From positions 186,001 to 250,000 of the IMG/VR virus record IMGVR_UViG_3300023184_000026: a DNA stretch of 64,000 nucleotides. One strand, given 5' to 3'. Each line of letters starts with the position of its first letter. Position 1 is the first letter of the stretch. A program made the translations under genes and the position numbers. Shown in pieces: positions 23,894 through 33,705 of the stretch. The notes under the pieces are model-generated. The model saw nothing but the letters and a program-made list of their open reading frames with translations. It did no database searches and was not told where the DNA came from.

Positions 23894-24166
23894 ATGATGA
23901 ACACCACTGCCTCGTTCGCCGCTCGTGTCGCCGCCTTTCACGCCGCCAATGCGGTCGCAGCCGCCAATGCCAAGTACGCCGACTATCGTGTGTACCGCAC
24001 AGAGGGCGACCGCCGTGTCCTCACGGTTGAGGTGTCGTTTCCCAACGACGTTCGCAATGCCAACTTCGGCGACGTATGCTTCTACGACGCTGCCACCGAC
24101 ACCTTTCGTGACAGCACGGAGGTTGATGTGGCTGGTACCACGTTCTATGTTGAGCGGGTGGCGTGA
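23894..24166 (+). CDS. hypothetical early protein, GC-rich
   Basis: Promoter ~23859; last gene of the array. Confidence 0.7.
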   Translation: MMNTTASFAARVAAFHAANAVAAANAKYADYRVYRTEGDRRVLTVEVSFPNDVRNANFGDVCFYDAATDTFRDSTEVDVAGTTFYVERVA

Positions 24167-24294
24167 TCCACGCCACCCCCGCACGGGTGGCGGGGGGGGG
24201 GGGACGGTGGCTTTAACCCCCCACCCCTCCCCCCTATAGGTGGGGGGTTTGGTGCCTTCTAGGTGGGGTAACCCCCCCCCCCCCACGGGGGTCC
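24167..24294. other. GC-rich hairpin plus poly-G/poly-C tracts marking the end of the early module
   Basis: CGCCACCC/GGGTGGCG stem, runs of ~12 G and ~13 C, two TAGGTGGGG motifs. Confidence 0.8.
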
Positions 24295-24638
24295 ATATTC
24301 ATTCTCTATTTGGTCTCAATTTTTCTTATATACTTTTCATATATACAAAAAGCATATGTTGTGCATATATTTATCATATAGTTAAAATATCATATATCCT
24401 ATACACACTTTTATGATATTATACTCTAATTTTTGAATTTAGAATTTTTCCAATTTTTTTATATATACTTTTCATATATATCAAAAGTACCTTTTTCCAT
24501 ACCTACTTTTTCACATCATGCCCTTTGTTTTTTGAAAAAAACACGGGGCAATTTTTCATACCCAACTTTTTGTATATATCATGCATTGTTTATGTTTATA
24601 TGTACATAAATGTTTTGAGCATATACTTATTGATATAT

Positions 24639-24833
24639 ATGAAACCTAATATCTCTGAAATTGGAAAAATTGTAAAAGACATGACCAAAGATGTCACATC
24701 TGCACCAAACTATAATGCTGCTGCTGCTGAAATTGTTAAACAAGGTATTGTTGACAAAACCAATGCTCGCATGGGTTATCAAACAATTTTGACCAAGCCA
24801 CTTGCTAGAGTAACACCACCAAAGACTATATAA
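24639..24833 (+). CDS. hypothetical protein
   Basis: ATG after ATACTTATTGAT late-type motif. Confidence 0.6.
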   Translation: MKPNISEIGKIVKDMTKDVTSAPNYNAAAAEIVKQGIVDKTNARMGYQTILTKPLARVTPPKTI

Positions 24834-24869
24834 TGTCAATAGTTTCGTATATTTATATACATAAAATAT

Positions 24870-26603
24870 ATGAAAAAGCCTAGATTGCCATTTGATATAG
24901 AATTTTTGTTGGAAAGTATATTATATGAATCTCCTGACAGAATTGATTTGTCGGGAGATTCAAATCGTGCAAAAGAATCTGATGCAGCAAGACTAAACAG
25001 TCTTGGCGCAGCTGTACCAAAAACTGGTGCAACATTCAGATATTTATCTGATGATGCTTATGCGTTTTTCTTTGATGTTGAAACTGGCATAATAATGTAT
25101 TCTGAAAAAAACACTCATGGTAGCATGGAACAAATGTTGCAAACAGCTTCACATAAAGCCACCTTATATGCCGCCACGTTCAAAAACATGTATAACATCA
25201 AGCGTGATATGTTTGGTAATATATCTGCATATTCATACGCAGAAAAAGAAGATGATATTTATGGTGCCGCAACTGTGGGTTTTATTGGATTAAAGCAACA
25301 AGGTGATGATGTTGAAACAATCAGAAATTATTTACACAACAACAGAATACGTTTTCGTCAATTAGATATTAGAGGAAACGCGGATAGTTCAGCCACTGTT
25401 CCGGCTGGTAGAATTTGGGTCAAAAAAAATGCAATTAGTTTTTGGAACAGCAAAGATGAAATTGTAAATGAAAATTTTCAACTTGTTGAAAAGTTGATGA
25501 GTGCAATGAAACTTGATAAAACAAAGTTTGCTTATGAATTTATAGACACTCTAGGATTGTTTGCATATTCAGAACTTGTGGGCAATTCAAACAAAGAAAA
25601 ATTGAGTCCTGAAGAAATAAAAAAACTATTGGCGGCTCAACATCTGGATTCAAAAGCAAAGAAAAAATTGGCCGGATCAACTTATAAAGCAGATCGCTTG
25701 AAAAAAGCTGCCAAAGGATTTGATTATGCTGCTAGAGCAGATGCTGCCATTCCTGCACTTGAAGGTCATATAAAACTAAAAGATTTGATAAATGAAGATC
25801 CTGACGCTGTGGTTGGTTTGTCGGGAAAAGAAATTTCTGACTGGACAGATGCAGATGCTGTTGCTTTTATTATCACACAAAAATGCGGCATATCATATGC
25901 AGGCGGAGTTCACGGTGACATCATGGATGCAATGGAAACTTTGTATAAATATTTACGGGACAGCCCTGATGCCAGAAATTTGCAAAGAAGACTTGAACAG
26001 CATGGCATGGCTACCGATAACATAGTTGCGTTAAGAGAACTGTTGACGCAACCAAGTGCATTTCATGATTTTTTAGAAAATGGTGGCATGCGCGGAAGCA
26101 TAAATAAAAATATTAATTTTAGAAACATACAAGGAACAATTTTTGGTCGTTTGTGGAACAGAAAGAAACTAATAAGTTTTTGGAATAATACACAAAAAGT
26201 TGTGAAAAATTGGAATTGGGTAAAGAACTTTTTCAACAACATGCAAAAATTAACTGGCGACTTGAATGATTATGAAGTTGATTGGTTGGAAAGAAGTCGT
26301 AATAGATCAATGACACCATTGACCAAAGCAAGTGATGTTGATGCCAACACCGGCAAGCCAGATGCAAATCAACAAGATTTTATTTCTACACTGTTTGGTG
26401 ATGTGAAAAAAATCAAATCATTGTCACCAGAAGAAATTGAAAAATTAAATAAAAAAATTCATCTATTACCACCAGCAAAAAAGCGTGAAGCATTGTTGGC
26501 AATGGGATACAAAAATATAAAAGCAATTGAAATTGCAGATGCACTTGGCATGACTGTGGCAGAGTTTAATAACATCATGAATGTGAATGAGTCTGGTCAA
26601 TAA
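24870..26603 (+). CDS. hypothetical protein with internal domain duplication, possibly virion-internal
   Basis: ESPD...GRIWVKKNAISFWN and IKLKDLINEDPD...GRLWNRKKLISFWN. Confidence 0.8.
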   Translation: MKKPRLPFDIEFLLESILYESPDRIDLSGDSNRAKESDAARLNSLGAAVPKTGATFRYLSDDAYAFFFDVETGIIMYSEKNTHGSMEQMLQTASHKATLYAATFKNMYNIKRDMFGNISAYSYAEKEDDIYGAATVGFIGLKQQGDDVETIRNYLHNNRIRFRQLDIRGNADSSATVPAGRIWVKKNAISFWNSKDEIVNENFQLVEKLMSAMKLDKTKFAYEFIDTLGLFAYSELVGNSNKEKLSPEEIKKLLAAQHLDSKAKKKLAGSTYKADRLKKAAKGFDYAARADAAIPALEGHIKLKDLINEDPDAVVGLSGKEISDWTDADAVAFIITQKCGISYAGGVHGDIMDAMETLYKYLRDSPDARNLQRRLEQHGMATDNIVALRELLTQPSAFHDFLENGGMRGSINKNINFRNIQGTIFGRLWNRKKLISFWNNTQKVVKNWNWVKNFFNNMQKLTGDLNDYEVDWLERSRNRSMTPLTKASDVDANTGKPDANQQDFISTLFGDVKKIKSLSPEEIEKLNKKIHLLPPAKKREALLAMGYKNIKAIEIADALGMTVAEFNNIMNVNESGQ

Positions 26604-26818
26604 TTTATAGTAAATAATGTACGGCATAATCCTTTGATATAAAACATAGGATTTCTCTTTAAATATATACATTTTATTATGCACAAACAATGCATACCAG
26701 CATGCCTCATTCTATCAAAAAATGTGTATATGCTATTTTTCATGAGGGGTTATTATAAATAGTATATTTACGAAAAAAGTGGTTGACTTTTATTAAATGT
26801 GCAGCCAGTATATACAAG

Positions 26819-27007
26819 ATGAATAAAACATCCAATACAACTAAACAAACTCGCGGCGTCGGTCGTCCCAAGAACAGTGTTTCTGTGGACACACAACAGC
26901 CTGTTAAGATGGTTGGGCTACCAGCCATGATTGAGCCCACAATTCATGACATCACAGACGAACTGTCTATGCTCGACAGTTATGCCTATTCTCAGTATAA
27001 CGAATAA
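26819..27007 (+). CDS. small protein with AT-hook-like GRPK
   Basis: RGVGRPK; promoter-like TTGACTTTTATTAAA at 26783. Confidence 0.6.
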   Translation: MNKTSNTTKQTRGVGRPKNSVSVDTQQPVKMVGLPAMIEPTIHDITDELSMLDSYAYSQYNE

Positions 27008-27020
27008 AAAAACAAAAAGT

Positions 27021-27215
27021 ATGCAAAATAACACAGTTGACAATCAAACTGAAACTGCAATGTATGCCATTTTTCGGAACGGCATCCGCGTAAGCGATTC
27101 GGAGTATGACTCCAAGCTAGATGCCCAAAGGGAGTATGAGTATTGGGCGGGTATTATCAAGCGCAATCCAGATGGTAGCAAGCTTGATATTCGTCAACTC
27201 AACTATCGTCGTTAA
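27021..27215 (+). CDS. hypothetical protein
   Basis: ORF in run. Confidence 0.65.
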   Translation: MQNNTVDNQTETAMYAIFRNGIRVSDSEYDSKLDAQREYEYWAGIIKRNPDGSKLDIRQLNYRR

Positions 27216-27218
27216 TTT

Positions 27219-27422
27219 ATGAATGGACTAAAGCAAAAAATCCTGCTGGCAACCTCCGAGGACGAGGTAAAAAGTCTGCTGGCAGAAGGTAAAACATACG
27301 AGTTTGCCAGTCGCAAGACACGCAACTCGTGGGTAAATGCAGCACGCAGAAAGTCTGCTGGTGAGAAGTATGTTGCCACCAAGACCGAGAGGCCCAAGAA
27401 AAAGGCTCGCCGTAGCCGATAA
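27219..27422 (+). CDS. basic hypothetical protein
   Basis: ORF followed by hairpin 27428-27452. Confidence 0.65.
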   Translation: MNGLKQKILLATSEDEVKSLLAEGKTYEFASRKTRNSWVNAARRKSAGEKYVATKTERPKKKARRSR

Positions 27423-27456
27423 AATATAGGGGAGCATATGCTCCCCTTTTTTATTT

Positions 27457-27915
27457 ATGAAAAAATTGAACAAGAAAGATTTTGGTTGGTTGTCAATGCA
27501 ACTTTTGCGCGTAAATCCATTGTTTGATGGTATGTGGAGAACATTTGAACATATGGTATTTAACAAAGATGCTGAAAGTGTTGAGTTAGAAATACACAAC
27601 AATAATTTTAGAATTGTTGCCAATCCAAATTTTTGGAAAAAATGCGATGATACAAAAAAAGTATTTATTATCTGCCATGAAATGTGTCATGTGATGTTTG
27701 GTCATTGGCTAATCAATCCAAAGCATGACAGAGAATGGGCAAACATAGCACAAGATATTGTGGTGAATGAATATCTGTCAACTATGTTTGATACAGAAAA
27801 AATTGGAGACGATTTTGTTACTATAAAAAGCGTGTTTAAACATAAATCCGACATCATTGAACGCAGAATGGATTATACTTATTATTATAAACTGTTGCAA
27901 AAATGTCTGAGGTAA
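27457..27915 (+). CDS. putative metallopeptidase (DUF2201 N-terminal-like)
   Basis: NPNFW...CHEMCHV...ANIAQDIVVNE. Confidence 0.7.
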   Translation: MKKLNKKDFGWLSMQLLRVNPLFDGMWRTFEHMVFNKDAESVELEIHNNNFRIVANPNFWKKCDDTKKVFIICHEMCHVMFGHWLINPKHDREWANIAQDIVVNEYLSTMFDTEKIGDDFVTIKSVFKHKSDIIERRMDYTYYYKLLQKCLR

Positions 27916-28112
27916 TAATCATAACCAAACAAGAGCTTGATATATTGAAGAGTAATGGCTCAGTTTATGTATGCCAGTCATGTCGAGACTTTAAAAATAA
28001 AATAGTATTGTTGGCATATAAGCCAAACAAGATACACCAAATATTTGATGGATTTTGCGACGAATGCTCCGCCACATTGAAAAAATGCAGTAAATGCAAA
28101 TTTAATAATTAG
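27903..28112 (+). CDS. small Cys-rich protein
   Basis: CQSC, CDEC, CSKC. Confidence 0.5.
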   Translation: MSEVIIITKQELDILKSNGSVYVCQSCRDFKNKIVLLAYKPNKIHQIFDGFCDECSATLKKCSKCKFNN

Positions 28113-28458
28113 AACCCGTCGGCTGGCTTCTTGTCACCACCAAGGATGGTTTTTTTTCTAAATAAATTGAATTTCCTTGTGGATCGGTAGAAGTTATTGA
28201 ATTCCATTTTGGAGTTGGTAGTGGGCATGATGCGCTCGGAATATATAATTTTGCTGCCGAACATCCGCATATATTGCATTTTCCCATATATCCAAATGCT
28301 TCTTTATCCCAATGTTCACAAGAATTACATATATTTTTCCTAAATTCAAGTAGTTGTGGCGAAACTCTGTGAAGTCCATCTTTTGCTGCCCAATTATATA
28401 CAGCAGTTCCTAAACTTCTTGCTTTATCAACTAAATTAGGTTCTTTTCTATTTTCCAT
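28102..28458 (-). CDS. Cys-rich protein (DUF6171-like)
   Basis: RKNICNSC...KCNICGC..AK...SCP...KW. Confidence 0.7.
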   Translation of the reverse strand: MENRKEPNLVDKARSLGTAVYNWAAKDGLHRVSPQLLEFRKNICNSCEHWDKEAFGYMGKCNICGCSAAKLYIPSASCPLPTPKWNSITSTDPQGNSIYLEKKPSLVVTRSQPTGSNY

Positions 28459-28472
28459 GATACTTATATGTA

Positions 28473-28850
28473 GTGCTGAATCCAAATAAAAAAATCAATA
28501 TTCCGAAAGAATTTACACTACTTGGTCACAAATATACAGTTGTTATAAAAAAAGATTTGTTTGAAACCGAGGATTGTTATGGAAACGCGGACGAAGATTT
28601 GAAGTTGATTCAAATTCAAGATTTGGGAGAAGTAACAAAACGATATAAAGAAGACGGAAAAATGGTGGAACGAAAGTTGATCATTACAGAAGAAACAATG
28701 ATAGAAACATTCTTTCATGAAGTTGTACATATTATATTAGATTCTACAGGAGAACTAAAACTTTCTCAGAACGAAAAATTTGTGAATATGATGGGTAAAG
28801 CATGGCTAGAGATATATTTGTCTTCAGTATATGAAAAAGACTCCGCGTAA
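28473..28850 (+). CDS. HEXXH metallopeptidase-like protein
   Basis: TFFHEVVHII...NEKFV; GTG start. Confidence 0.7.
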   Translation: MLNPNKKINIPKEFTLLGHKYTVVIKKDLFETEDCYGNADEDLKLIQIQDLGEVTKRYKEDGKMVERKLIITEETMIETFFHEVVHIILDSTGELKLSQNEKFVNMMGKAWLEIYLSSVYEKDSA

Positions 28851-29202
28851 GAAGAAGTCTAATAAAGTTTTAAATTCAGAATATGAAGTTGTTGAACTTC
28901 CCAGCGACAATTCCGATATGGAAAAGTATGTGCAGGAAAACAGAAAAGAAATAAACAACAAGATTGTAAATACAATAGAGTATGCAATAACCAACAAACT
29001 TGGCGGAATAGAATTATTCTGTTTTAAAAATTCAAGTTTTGTGGTGGTCTTGCAAAGAAAAGATTTCAAGGAAAGTTTAGAAACTGTCTTTGAGTTCAGT
29101 ATGGACCATCAACAGTTTCAAATTTGTGCAAGAATTAAAAAAATTATAAGTAAATTGGATAAATTGAGTACTATATTCACATACAAAAAAATAAAAAAAT
29201 AA
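28831..29202 (+). CDS. hypothetical protein
   Basis: ORF in operon-like run. Confidence 0.75.
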   Translation: MKKTPRKKKSNKVLNSEYEVVELPSDNSDMEKYVQENRKEINNKIVNTIEYAITNKLGGIELFCFKNSSFVVVLQRKDFKESLETVFEFSMDHQQFQICARIKKIISKLDKLSTIFTYKKIKK

Positions 29203-29203
29203 T

Positions 29204-29986
29204 ATGTCAAAACAAAAACGACTGAACAACAACAAGAAAAAAAATAATGCACCAAGCCAAACATTATCTTTGTCTCAACAAACTACCAAAGATAAAAGTC
29301 CGGTTGTTCATCAAAGAAATAAAATAGATCATTATTTAACCATATTGCATAGAGAACTAACTCCGAAGCAGAAAGCTTTCATTGAGTTGGCAATGGATCG
29401 TAAAGTAAAACTGTTGCTCATATCTGGTCCGGCAGGTTCTACAAAAACATATTTGTCTGTACTAGCATCATTGATGCTCATGAATGAGAAAAAGGTCAGT
29501 GACATACTTTATGTACGAAGCATTGTTGAAAGTGCGGATGTTAAAATGGGCACATTACCCGGTGAAGCCGAAGACAAATTATCTCCATTCAAACGACCAC
29601 TGATAGACAAAATGGATGAACTTCTGCCAAAAGAAGATATTCAATATTTGATAAAAGAAAACAGAGTAGAAGGATTGCCAATTGGATATTTGAGAGGATT
29701 GAACTGGAATGCAAAAGCTGTGGTTGGAGATGAATTGCAGAATTGCACACAGAAAGAATTGATCACCATGATGACAAGAACCGGAGAATTTTGTAAAGTA
29801 TTTATGTGCGGAGATCCACAGCAATCTGACATTGGAACACGATCTGGTTTCAGAGATATATTCAATTTATTCAATGATGATGACAGCAAAGAAAATGGCA
29901 TATATACATTTGAATTTACAGATGATGACATTCTTCGCAGTGCATTGACCAAGTTTATTGTAAAAAAGATAAAAAGACTTGGGTAA
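29204..29986 (+). CDS. phoH: PhoH-family ATPase
   Basis: GPAGSTKT, MGTLPG, YLRG, DELQN, GDPQQSD, DILRS. Confidence 0.92.
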   Translation: MSKQKRLNNNKKKNNAPSQTLSLSQQTTKDKSPVVHQRNKIDHYLTILHRELTPKQKAFIELAMDRKVKLLLISGPAGSTKTYLSVLASLMLMNEKKVSDILYVRSIVESADVKMGTLPGEAEDKLSPFKRPLIDKMDELLPKEDIQYLIKENRVEGLPIGYLRGLNWNAKAVVGDELQNCTQKELITMMTRTGEFCKVFMCGDPQQSDIGTRSGFRDIFNLFNDDDSKENGIYTFEFTDDDILRSALTKFIVKKIKRLG

Positions 29987-30062
29987 TATAATAACTCTCA
30001 TTGAAAAAATGATATATATTTTGGTTGGTTATTGATATTTATAATCAAAAGATATCATTTTT

Positions 30063-32525
30063 ATGTCAAATCAGAAGACAACTGAATTACGCACGATTAG
30101 CGCAACCGATGTATCCAGAGGAGACTGGATTCCAATTGTGGATGTTAGTGAACTGACGAGTCCGACCGGAGAAACAAAAAAAATCTCAGCATCGGATTTG
30201 TCTGAGTATATTGTGTCCGGTGGCTTTGTAAATTACACCGTTCCGCAACATGGATATCAAAATTCAAATGGATTGTCTTTTGCACCGAATTTTGCTCCGT
30301 TGGATGAATTAAATATGCACTGTTATGGAAATGCTAATAATCTTGGAAACAATTTCTCTATCAACGTTCGTGCATTTATTCCATCCGATTCGTTGTTGAA
30401 TGATACTGGAAGTAGAGTATTATTCGGCGTAGGTTCGCAGGTTATAGGAATGGCAGATTATGGCACTCGTGCATATATCGGAGTTCAATCCAGCAGTTTG
30501 ATTGGATATGTGCACGATGGTGTGGTTGAAAAAATAATCGAATATCCGGATTTTATCAGAAAGTTTCCAAACAGGGCATTTGATGCAACTATAACAAAAG
30601 ATTATATTGGCAATTTCAAATTTTATGTAAATGCGGAATTGGTTGGAACATTGACCGGCATACCAAATGCCATAAATAGCTCGTATATAACAATGGGCAA
30701 TGGTCAGTCCGGAAGTCATTGGAATATCAACTGTGTAATTTATGAAGCTCATGTTTTTAATTCTGGATTGACAGGGGCGCAAGTTGCACAAAATTATTAT
30801 GGCGGAACAAGAAACAACGAAGCAACTCTTGTTTCATCATATCGTCCAGAGAATTTAAATCCCGGTCCAACGCAATGGTTGGATTCCGTGGGTGACAACC
30901 ACTTGCTTTTACCAAGAGCCGGTGCGGAGGCAACAAGTCCAAACAAGCAATTTGGATTGATATTTTTCAGCGACGGTACTTCCGGATATCTCGGAAATGG
31001 AACTCAACGAGATGTACTGCCAGACAATTATGTATTAACAGACTGCTTTGTGTATTCACCCGGTGCTCCACTGTTGTCGATAGGATCTACCGACGATGTT
31101 GCCTATGAAAATGCAAGTGGAATAGATTCATTCAATAACAACAGAGTTCCATTAGTAAGCGCGTCATACAGCAGAAATGTATTGCCGTTACTTGAACTTG
31201 GAGTTGTTCATAAGGACAAGAGCTTATATGTATTTTATAGTGCAAGTGCGGCACCATGCACTTTTAGTTTTCAAGGATACACGTCCAAATATGGAGCAAT
31301 CAATTACATTCCACCATCTCCGACGCCTACTCCTACTCCTACAATTACAATTACACCGTCGCCAATGCCGCCTACGCCGACGCCTACTATGACGGGCACG
31401 CCGACACCAACACCTCCACTTCCACCAGGAATATACTTAAGTGCAAACAGTTTCAGACTGGACGATGGTCCGTTCGTGTTTACCACGAATACAGCAATTA
31501 CATCACTCACTCGTTGGAAATTGAGAGCAAAGGTGGTCGAGTTGATTGGTGTAGATCCGCACTTGGCAAGAGAGCACATAGCAACCCGAACAGATGCTGG
31601 ATTTAATCAAAATTATTCTCCACTGAGTGTTCCACCGGTCGGAATATACAACACAGAACTATATTATGTGGAGTATGGAAATACACCAGATATATACGGA
31701 AATTATCCCGGTATTTCGGTAAACGGAGGCGCTCCATTTACACTTGTTACTATGAGTGTCGCAACTGCATCAACGTTTGTTGCTCCACTTTTTCCAGGAA
31801 CAAGTAATGTGTATTTGTCCGCATTAACATACTCACTCAACAATCCTCCATATGTTTACACGGGAAACACTTCTGTATTAAGTTATAATAGATACAAACT
31901 TCGTTGCAAAATTTCAGGCCAAAGTGGAGATGGTCTTTATTCTATCGCGAGCCCGGCGGCTGTTCACAGAACTGTTGCGTATAATAATAACTATTCCCAA
32001 ATAATACCACCCGCAGTTGGCGTCGTACCCGCTGAATTGTATTGGATCACATACGACAATGCTGGTAACGGAGCGGCACAGACATCGTCATGGAATTTTG
32101 TAACAATGTCATGCACAACGGCGTCTGGATTTTTGCCGGTTGCTCCACCGGCATATACTTCATCGGGACATCCCAATGTATATTTAAGTTATACAACGGG
32201 TAGTACAACAACGTTTAAAGGAAATAATCCTCCTTATATTTATACCACCGACCCAACTGTTCTTGCAGCATCCGCTACAGGATCTTACAGATTGCGATGC
32301 AAGATTTGGAAATGGCTTCCGGCAACTTCCGAATGGTCTCACTCCGGAGATCACTCAGCCGTTGCATGGAATAATCAATACGAGACAATACATCCACCAC
32401 TCGATTCCAGTTATGCATACAGATTTGAATTGTATTGGATAAAGTATTCAGATGGATTGTTTGGAAGCGCGGCCACAGTTTACAGCGGAACTCCATATTA
32501 TGTGTATCCAACAATCACTCCATAA
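30063..32525 (+). CDS. putative virion/tail-associated protein with LamG-like domain, Pro/Thr linker and three C-terminal repeats
   Basis: FYVNAELVG...IYEAHVFNSGLT; PTPTPTPT linker; 3x YLS...PY/FV...KLR-K...ELYW/Y. Confidence 0.7.
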   Translation: MSNQKTTELRTISATDVSRGDWIPIVDVSELTSPTGETKKISASDLSEYIVSGGFVNYTVPQHGYQNSNGLSFAPNFAPLDELNMHCYGNANNLGNNFSINVRAFIPSDSLLNDTGSRVLFGVGSQVIGMADYGTRAYIGVQSSSLIGYVHDGVVEKIIEYPDFIRKFPNRAFDATITKDYIGNFKFYVNAELVGTLTGIPNAINSSYITMGNGQSGSHWNINCVIYEAHVFNSGLTGAQVAQNYYGGTRNNEATLVSSYRPENLNPGPTQWLDSVGDNHLLLPRAGAEATSPNKQFGLIFFSDGTSGYLGNGTQRDVLPDNYVLTDCFVYSPGAPLLSIGSTDDVAYENASGIDSFNNNRVPLVSASYSRNVLPLLELGVVHKDKSLYVFYSASAAPCTFSFQGYTSKYGAINYIPPSPTPTPTPTITITPSPMPPTPTPTMTGTPTPTPPLPPGIYLSANSFRLDDGPFVFTTNTAITSLTRWKLRAKVVELIGVDPHLAREHIATRTDAGFNQNYSPLSVPPVGIYNTELYYVEYGNTPDIYGNYPGISVNGGAPFTLVTMSVATASTFVAPLFPGTSNVYLSALTYSLNNPPYVYTGNTSVLSYNRYKLRCKISGQSGDGLYSIASPAAVHRTVAYNNNYSQIIPPAVGVVPAELYWITYDNAGNGAAQTSSWNFVTMSCTTASGFLPVAPPAYTSSGHPNVYLSYTTGSTTTFKGNNPPYIYTTDPTVLAASATGSYRLRCKIWKWLPATSEWSHSGDHSAVAWNNQYETIHPPLDSSYAYRFELYWIKYSDGLFGSAATVYSGTPYYVYPTITP

Positions 32526-32530
32526 AGTGT

Positions 32531-32872
32531 ATGAAACGGCACATACATCCAAGAGGAAATCCAGAAAATTCCGTATTTGGAGTAGTTGGTAAATTTCTCG
32601 GGTCGGATAATGGTAATTATTATTCGAAAAGACGAGAGGACACTCGCAACAGTGGTTGGGATTTGTATGGAGACGACAATTCAACACAGACGCCCACTCC
32701 AACGCCAACACCAACACCAACACCGTCATATACACCACCCGTGACCAGAACTCCGACGTTGACTCCAACCACAACTACCACCAGAACTTTTACCCCGACG
32801 CTAACAGTGACGAGAACAAAAACTCCAACTCCAACCGCAACTCCAACCAAAACTATACCTTACTCTGTATAA
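32531..32872 (+). CDS. small Pro/Thr-rich protein
   Basis: GNPENSVFG...GW followed by long TP repeats. Confidence 0.7.
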   Translation: MKRHIHPRGNPENSVFGVVGKFLGSDNGNYYSKRREDTRNSGWDLYGDDNSTQTPTPTPTPTPTPSYTPPVTRTPTLTPTTTTTRTFTPTLTVTRTKTPTPTATPTKTIPYSV

Positions 32873-32875
32873 TTT

Positions 32876-33652
32876 ATGAACGAGAAATTGACAGTACATG
32901 GAAATCCCGAAAAATCAGTATTTGGACTGATTGGGTTGGATATTATTACGGACGAGGAAAAGCTCTATATAAAAGTTGAGAATGATAGTAAAAACACGGG
33001 TTGGAAAGAAATTCCACCAACACCATCACCCACACCAACCGTAACAGTAACTCCCACTAAAACTCCGATTGTTACAAAGTCGGTGCAAACTCCAACACCA
33101 ACCCCAACTATAACGAGGACACCCACGCAGACTCCTTCTGTGAGCCAAACTAGTCCACTAACGTCGCCGTCGCCTAGCAGTACCAGCAATAAAACATATT
33201 ACAATTATAATATAGTATCAAGTGGAGGCGGACAGGCAAACAGAATAGATGGACCAAATAGTGGCACGGTAAATGTTGGGTCGGGTTCAATGCAATTGAA
33301 GGCTGAAACCGATACTGGGTTTATATTCAGTGTGTGGACTGCTCCCGAAGGTGTAGTATTGTCAGATCCTTATTCGTTGAACCCGATTGCATATGGCTTT
33401 TATGTTTCCAGCAATTTTACAATCACTGCCAATTTTATATCAGACACTCCATCGCTTCCAACGTATAATATATACGCAACTGCCAATTGGCAGGGATATT
33501 TAGCCTATGAATATGTTGATAGTTTTGGCTCAGTACAGCAATCTTTCCAATATGGTTTTAGTCCCGGTCAAGTGATATCAAATGCTGGCTGTGCTAATCA
33601 AATAACAAGTGTGACATATGGTAGTGCGGAATTAACTGACCAATCGTGTTAA
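32876..33652 (+). CDS. Pro/Thr-rich protein, N-terminus paralogous to preceding gene
   Basis: GNPEKSVFG...LYIK...TGW, TP repeats, beta-rich C-terminus (GFIFSVWT...TITANF). Confidence 0.75.
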   Translation: MNEKLTVHGNPEKSVFGLIGLDIITDEEKLYIKVENDSKNTGWKEIPPTPSPTPTVTVTPTKTPIVTKSVQTPTPTPTITRTPTQTPSVSQTSPLTSPSPSSTSNKTYYNYNIVSSGGGQANRIDGPNSGTVNVGSGSMQLKAETDTGFIFSVWTAPEGVVLSDPYSLNPIAYGFYVSSNFTITANFISDTPSLPTYNIYATANWQGYLAYEYVDSFGSVQQSFQYGFSPGQVISNAGCANQITSVTYGSAELTDQSC

Positions 33653-33705
33653 AATTATTTATTATAGCTTGTATATATACAAGAACGTAGTAAACTAAAT
33701 GTTAT

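Noticed and set aside
23867-24286. ORFs 23867-24286 (-) and 23925-24239 (+)
   Set aside because: Alternate-frame products of a GC-rich gene and homopolymer tracts
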